Below the pieces are notes generated by a model that worked only from the letters and a program-made list of their open reading frames with translations, searched no databases and had not been told where the DNA came from. From the NCBI GenBank assembly GCA_964016885.1, contig OZ024743.1:29202001-29266000 (forward strand): a stretch of 64,000 nucleotides of DNA. The letters run 5' to 3'. The position numbers were made by a program, and so were the translations under genes. Positions 56,580 to 64,000 of the stretch are shown one piece after another (positions within the stretch are counted from its first letter, which is position 1; each line of letters opens with the position of its first letter). The stretch is from Eledone cirrhosa (taxonomy: Eukaryota).

Positions 56580-57982
56580 ACACATATATATATATGTTAG
56601 GTAACTAACATATATATATATATAAATGTATATATATATATATATAAATGTATATATATATATATAAATGTATATATATATACATACACATACGCACACA
56701 CACACACACACGCACACATACACATATTTATATATATATATGTGTGTATGTGCGTTTGTGCTATTGTATTTAATATATATATGGGATTGCAGTCTGTGTC
56801 TGAGGGACACAGACAATGAATAGGAATTGGTAAAAGCTGTATTTTTTGTTCGATAATTTAAAACTGGTCTTTAACAGTAGACACTTCTTCCATAGATACA
56901 TATTGGTTGTTTGGAGGGTGTATCGATTCTCACCAGATTCTTGGAATAGCTAACTTCCTGTACTTCCTGCTGCCATGAATCTAGTGTAGATTTGTAACGC
57001 TCATTGATATAAGAGAAGCCAATGTCTTGTGCTAGTCTCCATAATACTCTACGAAATAAAATATTCGACAGACATGTTTTTGGCTAATGTAATGTCCACA
57101 CACAAACAAAAGCAGCCAGCTGATATCATGATACTATTGAGAAAACATAATAACTAACAATACAATCTAATCAACAGAAAAATATGCCATGAACAGAATA
57201 TTGAAAAGCTGTAATTCTTCTTATAAATTTCTGCCCGTACAACTCTGAGTGTTTTGAAAATACAATTTGCTTGAAAACTTGTAAAACTACTCATGATACA
57301 CAATTTAATATAGAATGTTCCACAAAATGAAGCAAAACCAGAAAACACTTTACGGTAATCATCAAATATGATATGAATATGTAAGCATATTTTCTTGGGC
57401 ATGTCCGAGCAGTCTATTGTTTAATGTTCTATTAATGATATCTCATTGTTATATGGCGAATTGTCTGCATTAATATTTCAATGAGTCAGCATTAGTAAAG
57501 TCTAATACTTTTGATTCTGGAATGTTCTACATAGAAACAGAAGTTTGATATGCATGTAATTTCACCAGAAACAATGTGGCACATGATAGAAAACAATTCT
57601 TGATATAATTGACTAAAATATCGATGCTATAATGAAAAGACTTTCACTATCATGTCTATCACCTTAGAAATATATAAAGCAGATAAACAAAACAAATGAA
57701 ACAATTTTCTAGTTCATAGTGTTATAGCAAAACGGTAGCGTAGTTTCTTCATCTTCGCTCAATTCTGTAGGACAGGCATCCTTTTATTTTTTTCCCTTGT
57801 TTAAATCTTCCAGTCTAAGGCATCGAAGGGGAAATATGCGTGTGAAAACAAAAACGTTTATATATTCTTGGGAAAGAGATAAATATATGTGTATTAAGAC
57901 TGTGTTGACAAAAGAATTATTTTCTAAGTTACCTCAACCTAGACATGGTGCAGGGTTTTTAATTTCTCATACTTATGAAATT

Positions 57983-58143
57983 AGGCGGTGAATTGGCGGA
58001 GACGTAAGAACGTCGGATAGAATGCTTTATGGTATTCTTTCCGGTTCTCTGCCCTCTGAGTTCTAATCCCGCCGAAGTTAAATTTGCCTTTCATCCTTTC
58101 GAGGTCGATAAAAGATAAAAAAAGTACCAGTCTAGTACTGGGG
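57983..58143 (+). mobile_element. SINE family A
   Basis: GGCGGTGAATTGGC..CTGAGTTCTAATCCCGCCGAAG..TTTGCCTTTCATCC. Confidence 0.85.
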
Positions 58144-58379
58144 TAAATTCTTCCTCTATATCTCTTTCTCCTCTACCCTCTCTCTCCCACTTTCTATCTT
58201 TATTTGAAAGAAATCTGCTTGGAGAGGGATGGGCTCCGCTAGGCTTAAAAGGTCCAAGAGACGCCATATGTCAATACGGCGCCCCTACGACTCTATCGGG
58301 GGTTACAGGTTTTTCACCTATCTACCTACCACCTACCTACATACATACATATGAAGCATGGGGTGGCGATTAAAATGTT

Positions 58380-59390
58380 TGGAGTTATTTGCCCCAGAAA
58401 GAGATGTTTTAGTATTTTGGGTTGTCTTTTATACTTGATGATTTTGTGTGTTTCTAGAATTTTTTCCTTTTTTCATCTTCATATAAAATTGGAAGGTTTT
58501 TTTGATATTTTGGGGTTTGAAAGTAAAACATTTTCCCTGGTTGTGATATTTGCTGTCGTTAGCTCTTGGATGTTCAGCTATTTCTATTCCGTTGGTGATT
58601 ACGCCCAATGAAAATGCTCTTTCAGTGAATATATTTTTGAGTCTTTGCTCACGATTGATCAGGTCCGATACAAACGTGCAAATCTTTTTAGCTGGGTTAA
58701 AAGGAATGTTCAATTTTGTGCGTTTCAGGTGACTTGATGTAAAAAAAAGTATTGTTTGGTCTCTGCGGGTTTATAGAAAATGTCTGCTTCTTTTTTTTCT
58801 CAGACCCGATCACACAAAACAGACAACAGTTGCAATCAAAATAGCAATCTCCTTTTAGGACAAGGGTAGAAATACCAGGACACACGATGCCCCCCCCCCT
58901 AAAAAAACACAAACATACATTAAAACCCGAAGGTAACCAACCTTTCAGAGACATCATTGAGAAACACCCAAATAGATATATTAATTAAGGGACTGACATT
59001 TACACCCAAATCAAATTTCACCGAAATGAAAAACAACCTCATGGTATTTTTGATTGTTTGTAGCTGGGTGATGCTAGATCAATATAGTAGTCTGCATGAT
59101 GACAACAGTGTTACCTTTATCAGCTTCTTTAATGGCAATTTAGGTGATCTTTTGTAGATCAATTAAGTTCTTCCATCCATATTTTGAGAAGTTGGATTTA
59201 GTGTTTCCATTTCCAATGTTTTCAAGAGGGAAATTCATTATGTATTCGCAGTAGGAGTCTAGTGCTTTATTCCTTCCTTACTTGGAGCAGAAACCACTTT
59301 TATTTCTAACTAGAGATTCGTTGTCATTGTAATTGTTGTAGGAGAAACATTCTACTAGCTTTCGACAGAATTCCCTGATAAACACACATA
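58380..59390 (-). mobile_element. Rearranged, decayed Penelope-like element
   Basis: Minus strand REFCRKL...IAIKEADKGNTVVIM (59390-59040) and NIPFN.A..IC..QP..LK (58760-58400). Plus strand LIKGLTFTP at ~58980. Confidence 0.7.
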
Positions 59391-59733
59391 CCACTACTGC
59401 TGCTGCTACCTTTTGACTACATGACTTCCCTCTTTATAAAGAAGAGTTTATTCTCCAGTCTCCTTCTCAGCAAGAAAGATGAAAAAAAACAAAAACTTAA
59501 ATCTTAATTTTAAATCTTTATACACAACATTTTCTTTGGAATACACAACATTCGATAAGATGAATGTTAATAATACATCGAAACAGGTAATACTTTATAT
59601 ACATTGTCAAACTCTGTTTTAAAAGAATTGCCCCTCTCATCTTTTCAATAATGTCACTTTGACGGGAAGAAAAAAAGAAAAAGAGACCCTAAGATATATT
59701 CTCCGTGCTATTTCCAATTTCACCTTCTCTCTC

Positions 59734-59828
<95 letters not shown>

Positions 59829-59964
59829 TGTAGAAGGTGAGTTATATAATATTGTAAAACAATAAAACTATGCATATATCAGAAAAGTAGCACTCAACAG
59901 TTGGTAGAACTGGAGTATATATAATAAAGAAGAAATTAAAAGATGGTTAAAAGAGTTCCATATG

Positions 59965-60032
59965 TTTTATTATGCGCATTTCGAATACAAAATCATCCTG
60001 GGACAAAAATTGTGTTCTCATCAGATAAAATA
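59965..60032 (-). ncRNA. Minimal type-I hammerhead ribozyme (intact core, minus strand)
   Basis: Reverse complement of 60109-60178 with CTGATGA and GAAATGCGCATA intact. Confidence 0.9.
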
Positions 60033-60108
60033 AGGTAACATGATATGAGGCATGATATGAGGCACTTGTTTACAGGAAAGTGCTATTATGCCTCATATCA
60101 TGTTACCT

Positions 60109-60178
60109 TATTTTATCTGATGAGAACACAATTTTTGTCCAAGGATGATTTTGTATTCGAAATGCGCATAATAAAATA
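60109..60178 (+). ncRNA. Minimal type-I hammerhead ribozyme
   Basis: TATTTTAT-CTGATGA-GAACACAA..TTGTATTC-GAA-ATGCGCAT (palindrome)-A-ATAAAATA. 8-bp stem I, AUA triplet. Confidence 0.92.
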
Positions 60179-60211
60179 TATGGAACTCTTTTAATCATCT
60201 TTTAATTTCTT

Positions 60212-60715
<504 letters not shown>

Positions 60716-61761
60716 AGAACAGATTAAAGTTTAAGCAAAGAATCACTACTTGCACCCTTTCTATTTTCACTCACAAGCCATGGTCTATACGAAGCCATGG
60801 TAGAAGATAATTGCTCAAGGTGTCATACAAATACAATGTATTTGCGAAGAGAAATCGTAACCTCATAGCGACGCATGTATCTTCATTCATTGTATTCGAC
60901 AGTAACATATGGTTAATGTTCATAATATTCATCAGAAGTAGATTTTTTTGTAATCACGAATTTGATTACTGGTTTGTTTTATTCTAAATTGATAATGTTT
61001 TTGGTGTATTTCATGATTTGTTGTTTCTATTAAAATTTTCGGAAAAAGTTTCATATCATATTAACCAAATTACATATTATAATCACACGCTAACAAAATT
61101 GTTTTTACAACTTAAACATCATTTGCTGAAACTTTAATAGAATTGAAGTATTGGTAACTATTTATGTGTGAGATGAGTTTATATAGTGATTCGTTTCTTC
61201 TGTTAAAAGACGATATATAGTTGTAAGAGGAAAGATGGATTAAGGAAGAACACCAGACGCTAGCTGACAAACTAACTCTCAGATTACTAATGAAATTAGC
61301 AGCTTCTGAAAAAGCATGCCAGAATGTACCTTTTATTCGGTCATATTCTTCAACATGCAACACTCCCATACGACACTCCCATACACACAAAGAAACACAT
61401 ACACAAATTATATCAGGGTGGTCTACTGCAGCAACAGACAAACAATGTTTTAACGAAACATCATATAATGAATCTACCAAATACATTATTAACCTTCTTA
61501 CTTACAATACTAAATGATATAAACCAAACGTAAACAGGCTACCACATAAACTTACCACAAGCAACCAAATGGGCTATCATGTAGTTGCTTGACTTGATAA
61601 TAAAATCTTCCAAAGATGAAGACCTTTCATCTTTTAAAAGAGAGCACCTCATATTCTGTTTAAAAATATGATGAGATGATCTGTTTATCGAAGTGCCTTG
61701 ATCATAAGTCAAGTTAATCAGAGTCGACATGGCAATAAATACCAAGAGCAAAATGTCTATA

Positions 61762-61816
61762 TCATCTTATCTGATGATCCTGTGAATACACAGGTGAGAC
61801 TCCAGAGTAACATGAC
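61762..61816 (+). ncRNA. Degenerate hammerhead motif
   Basis: CTGATGA-T-CCTGTG(AATA)CACAGG-T-GAGA(instead of GAAA)-CTCCAGAGTA. Stem I is weak. Confidence 0.6.
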
Positions 61817-62039
61817 ACAGCACGTAACCATAATAAAGGGTATCTAAACTCTAATTCGGTATATCGTACAGGTTCTGATGTCTATCACTATCACACAGAT
61901 ACTTATATATATCTATATATAGAAAACTGTTCGTTTGTTTGTCTGTTTGTCTCCCATGCACTTAAAGCCCTGTGGACCAATTATGTTCAAGCTTGGAATG
62001 TGAGTTCTTTAGACTCATGAATAGTCCATGGTTTTCTTG

Positions 62040-62355
62040 ATTTGTGACACTCCCACATTTTTGATACGTAGTTGATGGCTCCCCGTGCTTGCCTTGTCTA
62101 TCCTGGTATCCACATCCTGAAATTAACATGCAAGTGGCTGCGCATTCCACAAACACGTGCATCTTTAACGTAGTACTCAGGGAGATTCCGCGTCACACAG
62201 AATGTGACATGGCTGGCCTTTGGAATTACAATTGGAACTCAGTTTTGTCAGCTGAGTTGACTGGAACAACGTGAAATAACGTGTTTTGCTCATAAAGAGT
62301 CGAACTCACGAACTTACGATCGTGAGCCGGATGCCCTAACCGCAAAGCCACGCAC
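62040..62355 (-). mobile_element. SINE family B
   Basis: Minus-strand head GTGGC..CGGTTAGGG..AGTTCGACTC. Shared body with 3720-3830. Confidence 0.55.
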
Positions 62356-62541
62356 CTTCACACACACACACGCACATACATATATACGCACATATACAAG
62401 CAACATGCACACACATATATAAGTATACACACATACACACGCACACAAGCGCGCACACACACACACACACACGCACATATATATATATATGTATATATAC
62501 ATGTGTGTGTATATATATATATATGTGTATGTGTGTGTATG

Positions 62542-62580
<39 letters not shown>

Positions 62581-62896
62581 TTTCAGATGAATATGAATGT
62601 AACACAAGGTAATTTTACATCCATCATTTATGCGTAGATATTTGTTCCTGTTTCTTTCTTCTCCTCTTCCATCCATTATAGTATGATGTTGACATGTGTG
62701 AAATATCATAAAAACTTCCATAAACGTCTATGTTCAAAGCCTTAATGCACATGATATTAATGCATTCTCTCTCATCACGTCATTTATAAAGCTTTATTAC
62801 TCAATATTCTGCATTTGTGTTGTCTTACTTACCTTCAATAAGTACGTATGTAGAAAACATTTCGTGTTTGAAGATATTTCTTTAATTGCAGACACC

Positions 62897-62938
<42 letters not shown>

Positions 62939-63003
62939 TATATACATATATATATATACATATATACATGCATATATACATATATATATACATGCAAATA
63001 TAC

Positions 63004-63048
<45 letters not shown>

Positions 63049-63053
63049 AATAT

Positions 63054-63107
<54 letters not shown>

Positions 63108-64000
63108 TGATATATATATATCACTTTCCTTTGTTCTAATACACACCGATGAGGGAGAGGGAGGGTGAGAAAAAGAGGGGAGAGAAGGAGAGAAGGAGAG
63201 AGAGGGGAGAGGGGGTAGAGGGAAAGAGAGAGAGAGAAATGAAATGGGAGAGGAAATCGGGAAAGGAGAGAGTGACGGAGCAAGAACGAGGGGTGTATGA
63301 TTTGAAGGGAATAAGAGAGAGAGGGAGAATGAGAGAAAATGAGTGATGTAGATAGCGAGTGCATGAGACAGAACGAATGAGAGGGATAGCAAGTAAATGT
63401 CTGTGTGAGAGAGGGGGCAAAATGAAATGGGAGAGAGAATGAGTAAGGGAGATAGAGAGGGATCAAGAAGTAGAGGCAATATGCGTTTGAGGAAATAAGA
63501 GAGAGAGAGGGAGAGGGAGAAAGAATGAGTGAGATAGATAGCGAGTGAGTGAGACAGAATGAGTGAGAGAGATAACAAGGGAATGTGTGAGAGAGGAAAA
63601 AACGAGGGAGAGAGAGTGGGGGGGGGGCATGAACAACTATATACACATATCGGCATTACATACACAAAGTACACAAAGCCTAAACATACATATGCACATC
63701 TATATATATAAAGTTGTATTCCTCTCTGTTTGTTTGTTTGTTTGTTTGGAGATAGACCCCCATAACCATATATATTCTGAAACTACATTCCCCAGGGTAC
63801 TTGGATAAGTATATTTCATTTTAATCAAATGCCCGGGGCACAAAAACGTCGCTGAAAAATTTGTCCCTTCGATTTATATGAAATTTAAACCATAGATAAA
63901 TGACAAGATATGATGCCTATTCACAAAATTTCAGCAAATTTCAATAATATTAAGACACGCTATTAGGGTTACCCGGAGGCTCAAACCCCACTGAAAATGT

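Larger units (their letters stand above)
59826..60217 (-). mobile_element. Palindromic hammerhead-bearing insert in (TA)n (PLE pLTR fold-back)
   Basis: Arms 59924-60057 and 60084-60217 with about 4 mismatches. Unpaired tail 59826-59923. Confidence 0.9.

Overview
AT-rich, extremely repeat-dense eukaryotic genomic DNA. The dispersed tRNA-derived SINE and microsatellite landscape resembles octopus/cephalopod sequence; this is an inference, not verified. No host gene can be firmly called, and nearly all long ORFs in the track are microsatellite artefacts. Recognisable content: (1) a decayed CsRN1-type Ty3/Gypsy LTR retrotransposon (15057-19968, minus); (2) two ORF-bearing Penelope-like elements (PLEs), one Neptune-like at ~30.4-32.1 kb and one Naiad-like at ~40.3-42.3 kb, plus a rearranged PLE relic at ~55.7-59.4 kb; (3) an R4/Dong-type RLE LINE (43.1-45.7 kb); (4) an RTE-derived non-autonomous element with a partial tandem duplication; (5) a decayed RTE-like LINE, a mariner relic, a hAT MITE with an 8-bp TSD and Helitron-like ends; (6) many SINEs. 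The most striking signal is a set of small fold-back (palindromic) inserts sitting in (TA)n tracts. They carry minimal type-I hammerhead ribozyme motifs, often on both strands, plus a one-sided tail. About a dozen intact or decayed hammerhead cores from several unrelated sequence families occur in 64 kb. Coordinates were counted by hand and may be off by a few bases.
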